Notes under the pieces: model-generated
Told to the model about the DNA's origin: nothing
Database searches by the model: none
Seen by the model: only the letters and a program-made list of their open reading frames with translations
Position numbers and translations under genes: made by a program
Shown here: positions 1-11,391 of the stretch, piece after piece
Numbering within the stretch: the first letter of the stretch is position 1
Layout: each line of letters opens with the position of its first letter
Assembly: GCA_965644295.1 (NCBI GenBank)
Contig: CBFFRP010000265.1
Coordinates: forward strand, 1-35,386
Origin: Paraphysomonas bandaiensis
Taxonomy: Eukaryota > Protista > Chrysophyceae
Direction of reading: 5' to 3'
DNA: 35,386 nucleotides

Positions 1-2
1 AT

Positions 3-287
3 GCGGGAAGTCGCCGTGTCTTACCTACGCAGGAAAATAGTGGCGCGCCAGATAATTCGGGAACGGGAATTGCGGACATTGAAAATAGAACTACCGGGGA
101 CCTTCCTTGTAGTAGTACGGCGTTGTCTCTAGTGCCCAGGATACAGAATAACGATGGCGCCAACCACGTAGAGCAGGATAGCAGTAGTAGTGGTAATAAT
201 CTGGAACGATCTGCTCCTCCTGAACCACTTTCAGCCCGAACACGAGTTATTGTAGTCGCCCCCTATGAAGGAGTTGAAACCGCATAG
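3..287 (+). other. 3' end of an ORF running in from outside the window (low-complexity C-terminus ...PPEPLSARTRVIVVAPYEGVETA*); host gene or retroelement pol tail
   Basis: Frame +3 is open from the window start to TAG at 285-287 and the sequence is GC-richer than the DNA that follows. No recognisable domain in the visible part. Confidence 0.4.
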
Positions 288-940
288 AGAATAGATGTGA
301 TGTTAGCGTATGTAGTTTTTACGTCATCCCAATATCCCAATCAAGTGAGGGTATTTAAGATCTTGATCGGTAGTGTACTCAAGGTGGAACGAATGTGAGG
401 AGAGTATATTGTTTTATGTGTAAGGTGTTGCCGTGTGTTCTTTTTTTATTTGTGCCTTTTAATTGATGCTAACATGAGTGACTATACTGTATTAATTATT
501 CCCGAGATAGCCACCTTCCATGACTTTTGTGAAAGCCAATTCTGCACAGACAGAAAGATTGTGTTGAGAAGACAAAGTTTCAACATACATAACTTTGTTA
601 ATGGTTAATGGGCTCCTGCCCATATCGATACCCCTTTCTTCTTCAGTCCGCAAGTATGAGAAATAAGATATAAATCAAGTTAATAGTGTACCATATACTC
701 CCTCACATTGGAAAGGGATACTATATAATTGAAGCAGAAAAGATTCCAACCTACTACTACAAAACAAAAATCTTGTATAAACATTATTTGTTATTATAAT
801 CAAAAGATACAAAAACATTAAAGACGACTCTGCAAAATATTAACTACAAAATATAAATGTAAATCATGAGAAAGGACTCAAACCACGTATATACTGTACG
901 CCACACACTTTATGCGACTTGACCTCACGTCGAGCGCAAT

Positions 941-1983
941 TTAGCAGTTTTCCGATTCATTAACTTTGCACTGCTTTGCTAGATCAGGATCAGTCTCGAT
1001 ATACACATGCACGTGAAAGAGTTGAATGCTCTTCTCTCCAGCATTGTCATCGTAGTTCCACCTTTTAACATGGGGCATATGGCGGTCTAGCCACCCCTCC
1101 ATATAATCGCATATTTCAGAGTGAGTCATATCGTCCCTACACCAGAGTGTGTAATGCTTTACTCCGGGTGGAGTATTGTCTACATACAGAGACGTTACAC
1201 TGTGCAACACAGGAAACAAAGCAACACTTACATGGAAACATATTGGGCTCCAGCGCCGTGTGTCGGCGATACAGAGTGGTATACAACACTAGTCTTTCTC
1301 TGCTGTCGCACAGTCTATCTAGCCTATCCATATGATTAAATTTTGCTTCCTGGCACTCAGGAGAACGCTCCCAGTAGTCGATAGGCAACACCCCACGAGG
1401 TTTCCGCTTCTTCGGTGAGGTGGAGGGTAACACTGCATTCGCAGGCAAAGGAACAACTTTGCTGCACTGAATTTCACTATCTGAAGACTCAGAACGCCCT
1501 CGAGAGTTGGAGCGAGAAACACATCGTCGCGGTGACGAATTAGAAGTTACGCTCTCACAATAAAATGATTCCGAATCACTTTCAGTTATTTCTGTAACTG
1601 CATCATTCTCATATCTACAAAACAGAACAAGATTATCAATTTGTATGACAGTAAAAAACAGCAGTCATACATACCTGTAATTTTCATCACTCTGATTGCG
1701 TACGACGCGTCGTGACCTGTCCTCATACCAAGAACCATGTCGCCTATATACAACACATATATAATAAGATACACTTTCATTATAAGTATACAGTATATGC
1801 AATCTAACCCAGTGTCTCGGTCGGGGAATGAGAAAGAGATAGGGGACGATGACTATGTCTATGGCAATCGCAACAGCTCAGGATGATACAGTATTGAACA
1901 ACATACACATACATCTTTAATTACCTGGATTTATAAGCTCTTTTCTCGTGATAATCTTCTCTATTACGTTTCTTATACTCCAT
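941..1983 (-). CDS. DUF3605 / HIT-like family protein (spliced)
   Basis: Removing the GT-AG intron at 1231-1180 joins two ORFs into LEPNMFP-Y-NTPPGVKHYTLWC...EKSIQLFHVHVYIE, resembling the DUF3605 N-x-[WF]-PY...H-x-x-x-W and S-x-x-x-x-H-x-HV motifs. Exon 1614-1232 is in frame, and there is another intron at 1674-1615. The phasing of the 5'-most exons (ATG at 1983) is uncertain. Confidence 0.6.
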
Positions 1984-2511
1984 TATGATATGAGAGTGTT
2001 ACTTAGTGATATCAATTGACGTAACCAACTATTTTAATCACACACTTTAAAGCTTCTGGAATGTATGTATAATGAATTCAGTTCTATATAATTCTCTCAT
2101 ATATAGATGACTATATTGACTGTATTTTTTGTAAAGAACAATATATACTTTCTCAGCTATTAATTAAAGTGTATCTTGAATAGTCAAACTGAATTTTTGT
2201 TAGTATAATTTTTTATACAGATTTTCATATATATATATTTTGTTTTTGGAAGTCAACTAATCATATATAATTAGAGTTGTTTGATTGGATAATATGTACA
2301 TCGTCAGTGACTTCAGGTGAGACCTAGATACGGTCGAATGCGCACTTAATGGTACTTATAATTAACAGTGATGGTACCCATAAGTCTAGTTGATATTGAC
2401 ATACATAACTTCACTATATATGCATATTCTATATATATAATTACACGTGTGTATCCATCCATCCATACATCACAATATACTTCTATTAAACTAACCTATA
2501 AAAAAAAAAGT

Positions 2512-4010
2512 ATGGGTCAATTGCAATCAAATCACTTCGATTATGAAACTTATCTTGCTAAAGAAGATGAGAAAGTTCTAAGAACTTTACCATTATCAAC
2601 CCATCATATACATATATTTCATATGATATATAACACTATTAACACTGATAATTATCAATATATAACAATACATCAATGTATTGAATATTTTCATATAAAC
2701 AACACTTTAATCAATCAATCAATATTCAAAGTATTCAATATTGATGATAATGAACAATTATCTTTCTGTGAATTCGGTATATATCTATACATACATATAT
2801 ATATAGAACTAACCCTCTTATTATTACAGCTAGCACAATCTGGCATTTTCTAAGTATCAGTAATGATCATTTAGGTGGAATGATCTATGATTTATATGAT
2901 ATAGAGGGTAATGGACGTATGGAGCCCTCTACAGTCATCTATATGTTAAACTGCATACATGGCTGTATTAACGAACTGCAAGATAATACTATACAAAAAA
3001 CAGTTCATGATATAAGTCGTTCACGTGTAAGATATACACGATATCAATTCATTGGACTGACTAATACATGTACCACTGTACTTGCACCTATAGTGTCCCT
3101 TCATACCCATTTACGTTCAGTTATTGGAGGTTTGAAGTTCTGGCGATCGCTTGAGGCACGTCGTTCATCTGAGAATGATGGACATTTTCTCACAGCACGA
3201 TTTACTGTTGAATTGAGAGAGCAACTAGAGATGCGTGCAATGCATTCGAAACTAGTGAGGCATCTCTCCAAGATTGTTGAGGATGAAGTAAGTGGACGTT
3301 CTATTCGATCTAACCGCTATAGTCCAAAGAAGGTTGAGTTAACAACAGGAAATAAAGGATTGTACTGCACTAGAGGCAAAAGAGCTTTGTGTTGTACACC
3401 GGAAGAGCGCCGCCGTGCTCCTCCTGGTCCTTCCCGTAGCAGTAATCGTCGAAAATATGCCACGAACGATAACGAGTTATATAAGAATGGTCTTTTCAAA
3501 AGTGGACCAAAGCATGCCAAGACTAGAGTTCGCATTCAACAATTGGATAATGCTATTCCAACCGATCAATCCGCATTGTTTGCGACTTCCAATGCGGTTC
3601 GAACTCCCGCCCGAAGTGAAGTGGGAAAAACAATTGCGTATGGCGCAACAAGGATATTTCAATGGTTTTCCAATGGTGGGGATGCGCGAGTTTATTCTTT
3701 AACTAGCAGTGGGACTGCTGTCGGTACCGCAAGCAATAGTTCACAGAGTGGTCTAGAAGCTGTTCAACGTACTCATGATATTGACGAGGTGGACAAACTA
3801 TCGGAATGTAGTGTTGAAAGTGCATTTTCATTTGACCAAGAAGACGGTGGAGAAAGAGACTTTTACGCCCATGCATATGGGAGAGGTTTCATGTCTATGG
3901 ATAATATTCAAACTGATGATAGTGAGTCCACTGATTCACCAGGTGTGGTCTTCTCAGATTGTACACTGAAGTGCTTTAACACTTTAGACAGTGTTGACAA
4001 TGAAAACTAG
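2512..4010 (+). CDS. N-myristoylated EF-hand protein (calcineurin-B/NCS-like N-terminus) with a long disordered tail
   Basis: Exons 2512-2776 and 2830-4010 (53-nt GT-AG intron). Starts MGQLQS (MGxxxS). EF-loop-like segments FNIDDNEQLSFCEF and YDIEGNGRMEPST. Confidence 0.75.
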
Positions 4011-4330
4011 GTTGTTTTGCTTTGTACCAAATTGATGTTCTAACGTGTAGATACAATATAGTTGTCGTAATAAGTGTCGTATGCATATCTTACAGTGGCA
4101 AGTTTAGTCTTAACTGCATGCAGACTTACTCCATTTCAGCGAATCATCAATTAATTAATATTATTAATTAATCTATATCTATTCATCCATGTTTAGTCGA
4201 AACACGTTTTTGAGCTTTTATTAAGTGGTGCACATCTCACATCACCACTGTGAATATATAAGCACACTACAACAGCCCAACAGTACTTTTACGATGATGT
4301 TGGAAGTTATAAGCAATGCTGTAACATAAT

Positions 4331-4443
4331 TCAGGGATAGAGAACAATATATTGAAATGTTAGATAGATTTTCGCCAATAGTATTGATGGAGTTTTTAAC
4401 CGGCCCAACAATACTATTGTAATATATTGTTACCTATCCCTGA
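4331..4443. repeat. Nested inverted repeat (fold-back/MITE-like relic)
   Basis: tcagggatagagaacaatatatt (4331) pairs with aatatattgttacctatccctga (ends 4443). Inner caatagtattgatgg pairs with ccaacaatactattg. A further copy of cctatccctgacata lies at ~4567-4581. Confidence 0.6.
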
Positions 4444-4794
4444 CATATTGACAGTCTTATGATTTAGCAATAGGCGTTAAAAATCTGCACCAATGTAGTG
4501 GCTATTTGAATGCTAGACAGACAATTTAGACCTCTATCCATAACTAATCAGCACAGACTCTATTATCCTATCCCTGACATAAATGATTCCAAGTATATGC
4601 GTAAATTGTAGAGATCAAATATCACCTAATCTACTACTATTTAATTAGCAAATTTCTAAGGAAAATTAGTAACATGTTAAGTTTAAGTAGCTATCTACTT
4701 TAAGTTAGTAGGTATTAATGGCCATTATAATGGACCATTAATGGTTATCAGGCCCTGATATGGTTATCAACACTTTATTTCGGGATCTATTTTT

Positions 4795-4927
4795 CAACCT
4801 AGTCAAATTGGTTGAATTATCTAGTCACACCGAAACTGGTTTAAAAATCTAGTCAAGTAGTTGAAAAGCCTAGTCATTTAATAATTCAGTTTACAATGAC
4901 TAGGTTGACTAGGTTGCTAGGTTGACT
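4795..4927. repeat. Small element with ctagtca/tgactag subterminal repeats in opposite orientations
   Basis: Four ctagtca motifs on the left (first in caacctagtcaa, 4795-4806), mirrored by tandem tgactaggt units on the right (ttgactaggttg, 4905-4916). Confidence 0.6.
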
Positions 4928-5063
4928 CGGTGTTTTATACTCTAGCCATATATTAATGATATTGCAAACATTGTACACGTGCAATACATCACATTTCATC
5001 TTCGCAATCAAACGAAAATTGGACGTCTCTCGTTACAACAGCCTCCTATATTTCATGATTTTC

Positions 5064-7169
5064 GGCCCCCTAATATGCGAGTATACTTCTCTATGATTTA
5101 TAATAAGGTTATAAAACTTGACTGGTTCGAATAATTCATTATTATTACTAGTAGAACGTTTTATATGTCTTCATGAAAAATAGCTACGTGAAAACAGGTG
5201 CTAAGAGATGAATTCACTTTATAAACTTTATATCAGTCAAGAGAAGTAATGCTGCTTTACATCATTCAATAGAAGTGACGCTGCTGCTTCTTCTGCAGCT
5301 TTCTTTCGGCTCATTGGAGGACTTTGATGCCTATGTGCTGTACCATTCAATTCAATAGATGCAACACAGACAAAGGACCCATTCTCAATTTCAATTTCGA
5401 ATTCAGGCTCCACACCGATGTAACGTTTAGTCAGTAACTCCAATAACTCACACTTAGGATGCTTCTGTGTAGCACTGCTGCCTCTTTCTGGTGATGCGTT
5501 ACTTGATTCTCTTCTAACAGATTCAACCACCTCTTTAACATCATTCAATAGAAGTGCTGCTGCTGCTTCCTCTGCAGCTTTCTTTCGACTCATTGCAGGG
5601 CCTCGATGCCTATATGCTGTGCCATTCAATTCCATAGATGCAACACAGACAAAGGCCCCATTCTCATTCTCAATTTCGAATTCAGGCTCCACGCGTGTGA
5701 AATGTTTAGCCAGTAACTCCAATAACTCACATTTAGGGTGTTTTTGTGTACCATTGCTGCAATTCTGAGATGAAAGGGACACTTGTTGTAGTTGTCGTCC
5801 GAGAGATTCAATTTCGCCTTCAACATCGTTCAATAGAAGTGACGCTGCTGCTTCCTCTGAAGCTTTCTTTCGACTCATTGGAGGGCCTCGATGCCTATAT
5901 GCTGTACCATTCAATTCCATAGATGCAACACAGACAAAGGCCCCATTCTCATTCTCAATTTCGAATTCTGGCTCCACACCAGTACAATTTTTAGCCAGTA
6001 ACTCCAATAACTCACTTTTGGGGTGTTTTTGTGCACCATTGACGCCATTTTCAGATAAACGGGACTCATGTCGTAGTTGTTGTCCAAGCGATTCAACTTC
6101 GTCTTTGACATCATTCAATAGAAGTGCTGCTGCTGCTTCTTCTGCAGCTTTCTTTCTACTCATTGGAGGGCCTCGATGCCTATAAGCTGTACCATTCAAT
6201 TCCATAGATGCAACACAGACAAAGGCCCCATTCTCATTCTCAATTTCGAATTCAGGCTCCACGCGTGTGAAATTTTTAGCCAGTAACTCCAATAACTCAC
6301 TTTTGGAGTGTTTTTGTGTACCATTGACGCCATTTTCAGATAAACGGGACTCATGTCGTAGTTGTTGTCCAAGCGATTCAACTTCGTCTTTGACATCATT
6401 CAATAGAAGTGCTGCTGCTGCTTCTTCTGCAGCTTTCTTTCTACTCATTGCAGGGCCTCGATGCCTATAAGCTGTACCATTCAATTCCATAGATGCGACA
6501 CAGACAAAGGCCCCATTCTCATTCTCAATTTCGAATTCAGGCTCCACATCAGTGAAATGTTTAGCCAGTAACTCGAATAACTCACACTTAGGATGCTTCT
6601 GTGTAGCGCTGCTAGTAGCTTCAGGTGATGCGTTACTTGATTCTCTTCTAACAGATTCAACCACCTCTTTAACATCATTCAATAGAAGTGCTGCTGCTGC
6701 TTCCTCTGCAGCTTTCTTTCTACTCATTGGAGGACTTTGATGCCTGTATTCAGTGTCGTTTAGTTGTATGGAGGCAGTGCAGACAAAGGCCCCATTATTG
6801 GCATTCGCAATCTCGAATACAGGCTCCACATCAGTGAAATGTTTAGCCAGTAACTCGAAGATCTCACATTTAGGATGTTTAGATACTTGCATTGTGTAGT
6901 TTGTTTAGTTTCTTTATGGTTGTGATTCGGCTGGAATTGTGAGATCGCTGCACTTGAGATTCTTCACGAGTGTCCAGCTGCTGGATTCGTTCAGAGCTAG
7001 ATTGTCCTGGTTTTGGACGAGGGTCTCCATCTGAGATTATGGGACAGGGTTTTGGTACACTTGAAATCCCCTGAATTTGGGAAAAGCCTACGTTTTTTTG
7101 CCTTACGTAACATTTATATCAAGAAATATGCTATTTTCATTTGTCAGTTCCCTAAAAAAGAGGGTATTT
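5064..7169 (-). repeat. Left arm of long inverted duplication
   Basis: Reverse complement matches 11392-13217, from aaataccctc upstream of the gene to tcgcatattagggggcc downstream of it. Confidence 0.95.
5237..6892 (-). CDS. Tandem dsRNA-binding-domain-only protein, copy A (6 dsRBDs, intronless)
   Basis: Six 93-95 aa units HPK[CS]ELLELL...PEFEI...FVCVASMELNG...G...SRKKAAEEAAAALLL, matching the alpha-beta-beta-beta-alpha dsRBD consensus (PKSxLxE helix 1, KKxAExxAA helix 2). Confidence 0.9.
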   Translation of the reverse strand: MQVSKHPKCEIFELLAKHFTDVEPVFEIANANNGAFVCTASIQLNDTEYRHQSPPMSRKKAAEEAAAALLLNDVKEVVESVRRESSNASPEATSSATQKHPKCELFELLAKHFTDVEPEFEIENENGAFVCVASMELNGTAYRHRGPAMSRKKAAEEAAAALLLNDVKDEVESLGQQLRHESRLSENGVNGTQKHSKSELLELLAKNFTRVEPEFEIENENGAFVCVASMELNGTAYRHRGPPMSRKKAAEEAAAALLLNDVKDEVESLGQQLRHESRLSENGVNGAQKHPKSELLELLAKNCTGVEPEFEIENENGAFVCVASMELNGTAYRHRGPPMSRKKASEEAAASLLLNDVEGEIESLGRQLQQVSLSSQNCSNGTQKHPKCELLELLAKHFTRVEPEFEIENENGAFVCVASMELNGTAYRHRGPAMSRKKAAEEAAAALLLNDVKEVVESVRRESSNASPERGSSATQKHPKCELLELLTKRYIGVEPEFEIEIENGSFVCVASIELNGTAHRHQSPPMSRKKAAEEAAASLLLNDVKQHYFS

Positions 7170-7484
7170 GTTTGTCCTGATTATAACACGGAAAGGTCAT
7201 ACCACGTACAGAGTGTATTTATGTACAGGAGTAGATGTTGTACTGTTGTTGTTGTACTGCGACTCATATACATCTATATATACTACTCCTGTACATTCAT
7301 ATCAGCAGCCATATGTACATATGTACTCATATACTGTATGTACTCATGCATACATACTCACTCTAGACATACTCGCTGTTATATATGCATCCATCCATAT
7401 ATATACACATGCCATTAAATCCACTTCCTCTCTACCATCTTCCTATAATAAAATGCCACTCCCTTATCATCTCATATCAATCTA

Positions 7485-9270
7485 ATGCTCTCCTATCTCT
7501 TCTACATTACAATCTTCTATCTACCTATAGCTATATGCATACCTATCAAATCTAATGATGTTATCACTATATCAGCATTAGATCACACTATATGGGATTC
7601 AACAGCTATTATAACATTCTATCAAGATGATGAAGATGCTGTACAATGTCAATTTACGAATATTGCTATTGATTTTTCGACTATATATTTTATTGTATCA
7701 GATCCCATGAAAAGACAACAAGCAGCTCATGATATATTCAATTGTTGTGTAAATATTATTAAACATGATGAAATAGATGAAAGGAAATGTAAAAATTCTG
7801 TACGAAGTCAATTATGTAGTTGTTTTTATCCATTTAAATATGTTCCATCTGTCATATCACCAGAAAATGCGAAGAAGAAGTTTATGCCATTGCATGGAAA
7901 GACATGGTTGATGCATCACTGGAGTGAATGGCATCACATTGACCACTACACAATGAAAGTATTGGAGTTGCAAAACCTTTTATATAATGCAAAACATGTA
8001 AAAGATATGTGGTTCAGTGAGTTGCCTGCACCAGAGAGCATTGATCAATTACTTAGTATGGATTATGATGGAACACCCAGTGGTGATAGTTTCGAGACAA
8101 TGTTTTCAGAGATGCTGTACACAGTATTGGGTCGAAAACCTCATTATTTTGTCAATAAGAATGGTGCTGGGAAGCATTTGCGTCATCTCTACTTCGCCTC
8201 AGATGCATCCCTGAAACCCTTGCGCCGTGTGCTACCTCTATGTGAATATGTAGAGCTTGAGGAAAGTACATTAGGAGAGGACCTCTTGAGTTTAGGTGCT
8301 AAGATTGGTATCAAACACAACGCTGGTGAATATATGTCCAATTTGCTTGGTATTGGGAATTCCACTCTCCGAAAATTATTGCTAGAAGATCGCGACGGTG
8401 TGTTTCCTGTGGCGAACACCTTGGCAGAAGTGTGCTTGGAAGTACGCATCATGCGGATTATAAAATTGAACCAGGCGATGCCTCTACATAACTGTGGTCG
8501 TGGTGCATGTCAACCATACTTTTTGGATCATGCATATATGTCTCCTGTATATAAGAACAACATTCCTTGCCCGTATGAATCCAGTGCGGAGAGTGTGAAG
8601 TATGGTTTCAGGAAGTATTTAGAAGCTTATCACAGCAAATTATACGAAAGCGTGCAGTGTGTCAGTAATTTAACTGCATCTGCTAGTGTTAAGGTTGCAA
8701 TTTTACAACGGTTTGAGGGGTCTGGTACACGTAGCTTTGTAAACCTAGATCGGATGTTGCTTTCTATATACCAAATTACTTCCCAGGAATCCATTGAGAT
8801 TATGTTCATCAGTAGTAAAACTCCAGCTCATATACAAGCACTGAAGTTTTGCAGTTTTCATATCCTTATAGCACCTCATTCATCCCAACTGTCGAATTTG
8901 ATTTTCACACCGGCAGGGGTTTCAATTATTGAACTGCAGAATGAAAAACTGATTGAAGATACATTTTTATGGTTAGGAGAGCGCATGAACCTTCACTACC
9001 AGAGATTGAAGCAAGGTGAGTAACATGTTACACTATTTAGTGGTAGTTATATATATTGCAGTTGGTATATGGTTTTGTGTGTATAGTGGTATAGGTTGTG
9101 GAGATTATCAATTTTTCTATGCAGGTAATATCGCAGTCAGTGGTGAAAACAATGTACCCGATTCTGTTACCCACCCGAAGATGGCAAACCAGTTAGTACA
9201 TATTAGTAATTTTGAGAAAGCATTAGATAACGCCTTGCAAAACCTTCGTGAAAATGGTTTCGTGGCTTAA
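7485..9270 (+). CDS. Secreted/Golgi glycosyltransferase family 61-like (DUF563-type) protein
   Basis: Exons 7485-9015 and 9125-9270. Hydrophobic N-terminus. C-terminal RSFVN...Q...ILIAPHSSQLSNLIFTPAGVSIIEL resembles the GT61 HGAxLxNxxF...xxEL motif. Confidence 0.75.
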
Positions 9271-9510
9271 GCTTCGCTCAATTCATTTTATTGCTCATAT
9301 TCTTCAACCCTAAAGTGAAGTTGTACAGTAATATATCATTACTAAAAATAATATTTTACGTCATTTTTTACTTGATATTTCCATTATATTGTATAAGCAA
9401 TCACGATCATTTTGTACTGACTTATATTGCTAGTCAAGAGTGTTAGATCATCCCGCGATAAACCGAGGCATAGTCTGTAAACGGGCTTCATGTTTGGATG
9501 GTATAATTAT

Positions 9511-9630
9511 ATTTAACCACAGGCAGTAAGGAGTAAGGAGGCTATATATCGTCCCAGGTAATAACGAGGGCGAGAAGCCCGAGTTTTAAAGTTTAGACAA
9601 GAGGCGATACTCCTTATCCATAGGTTAAAT
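9511..9630. mobile_element. Short palindromic non-autonomous element candidate
   Basis: Ends atttaacc / ggttaaat, inner taaggag / ctcctta, and a central GC-rich hairpin gggc-gagaa-gccc. Confidence 0.45.
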
Positions 9631-9859
9631 TGTAGCTTATCCTCATCACGTTGAAAAGTTAATATTAGATTGTATAGCTATTTATTATTTGTAGCATGCT
9701 TGCTGTATTAAGAAATAGATGTTCCCTGAGAAATATTAAGAACACAAACGAGAACTCATATAGTTTCAAATCAATGATATTTACACTGTATGCTTAGGAA
9801 GATCAACTCAACACAATAAATCCCATGTTTCTATAACAGCTACAACAAATGTAGTCCTA

Positions 9860-10277
9860 CCTCAGAATAATACTAAGGGAATAGCAACTGCAAAGTGTTG
9901 AAATTCGTACATAACTGTGATGATGAATGTGAACAGTTGTAGGCGCAAGGGATGCTTCTTAATTCCTTAATTAGCATCATCATTGCATTTATATACAGCA
10001 GGCTTAACCTCTGCAAGTGCACCTGATCGTATGATATGAGACACACAATATAAAGAGAAGACCCAAACCCTGAAAGAACTGGGTGCCACTGCTCCTAACC
10101 ACCTATATAGCATCAGATATGGTACTTAAACTCTCCTGCAATATTGTTGAAGTTGTTTCGAAGTCCTGGATATGAAGACTGATCACTTGAACTGACCTCA
10201 TCATGATCTTCTACAGTAGTCGAAGGATGGAATATAGCTTGGAGTGCTAGATGATCTGCTCCTGATAGTTGGCTCAT
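9860..10277 (-). pseudogene. Decayed TTC36-like TPR gene fragment
   Basis: N-terminus MSQLSGADHLALQAIFHP resembles the TTC36 DxAVLQAIFNP motif. The downstream exon-like segment has LAE...AYN (cf. SAYNNRAQ) broken by a stop and a frame change. Confidence 0.45.
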
Positions 10278-10662
10278 GATTGTGGTTTCACTATGATTGT
10301 GTACTCTAATGAATTTACATGCATACATATGACTGTCAATATCATAATTAAGATAGAAGTGAGCTTCTGTTGAACCGAATATTGAAGTGCTGATATGAGC
10401 GCCCTGTTGAGCCCGAATCAGGTCAGAAAAAGCTTTTTTGAGACAATATGGGGATAAGGAATTAATTATCTGAGCGTAGTGCTCAAAGCTTGAATTATAA
10501 TAAATGAATTAAACTATGATCAATATCACTTATCATTCATTGTCATGCTGTCTCAACAGCATCATTGTCAGAGCATCAAAACAAATATTCAAACATAACA
10601 ATAAGCTCATATATACATATCTACATAACACGAGCCTAACTATAGCTTATAAGTATATAGCG

Positions 10663-11192
10663 ATGGGTCCCCTGTGAGTGTTAAGGGATGAGGAGTCCAT
10701 GAAGTGTGGGAACAACTCACTCTATGATCTGCAGTACATCTCGAGATCTTCATATGCTATGAGTGATGGCGCTCATCTTCTTCACTTCTCCACTGAAGCA
10801 TTGAATAAGGGTATTATTTATAGATTTAGTAACAAATATTACTGAACAGCTCGACGGCGGCGTTTTTTGGCAGTAACATCGGCCCATGTTACTGGAAATA
10901 CGAGAATCGTTGCAGTAACACCAGTGACATTAGTGACTACAAGATATTACCATTAAAGTTGTTACTGTGTAATATGCAGACATAAGTATCAATTTTGATG
11001 ATGTGGGAGATGTTAACAATGTTGTTGATGAGGCTAGCCGCTCCCAGTGGAGATCAAGACCAGCCGGAGCCGGTGGTCAAGTTCAGCTCTGCAGCACCAT
11101 TGCTAAAACACATGAAGGAGATGGATTTTGTTGGTGCAGGCAATGAATATATCGATGATTTGAAGAAGTTGTTGCTGTAGATGCAATATGAG
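10663..11192 (+). pseudogene. Unidentified decayed spliced-gene relic
   Basis: Coding-like blocks separated by GT..AG intron-like AT-rich gaps, with in-frame stops (e.g. ...EYIDDLKKLLL*MQYE followed by a GT donor). Confidence 0.3.
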
Positions 11193-11391
11193 GTGGGTAT
11201 ATGCATGATGGCTACACAGTAACGGCTGTATATACTCTACACAGCAGTCGTATATACATGTACATGAGTGTATATGTATATGAATGAGTGTACAACCAGT
11301 ACAGATATTGGGACAAAATACTGTACCTGATATCTAGATATACAACCTTTTTGGGCAAAGAAAAACATAAAAATGTAAAAAAACAAAGGAA

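Noticed and set aside
5626-6740. Repeating 62-67 aa alternative-frame and antisense ORFs (also 11821-12923, including the 209-aa antisense ORF)
   Set aside because: By-products of the 279/285-bp dsRBD repeat; no independent coding signal.
5237-6892. CRISPR-like or other non-coding repeat array
   Set aside because: Units are in-frame protein domains with no unique spacers; the context is eukaryotic with no cas genes.
7077-7485. 113-aa and 105-aa ORFs (and 11212-11484)
   Set aside because: Non-ATG starts over low-complexity promoter DNA; the shared N-terminus only reflects the duplicated arm.
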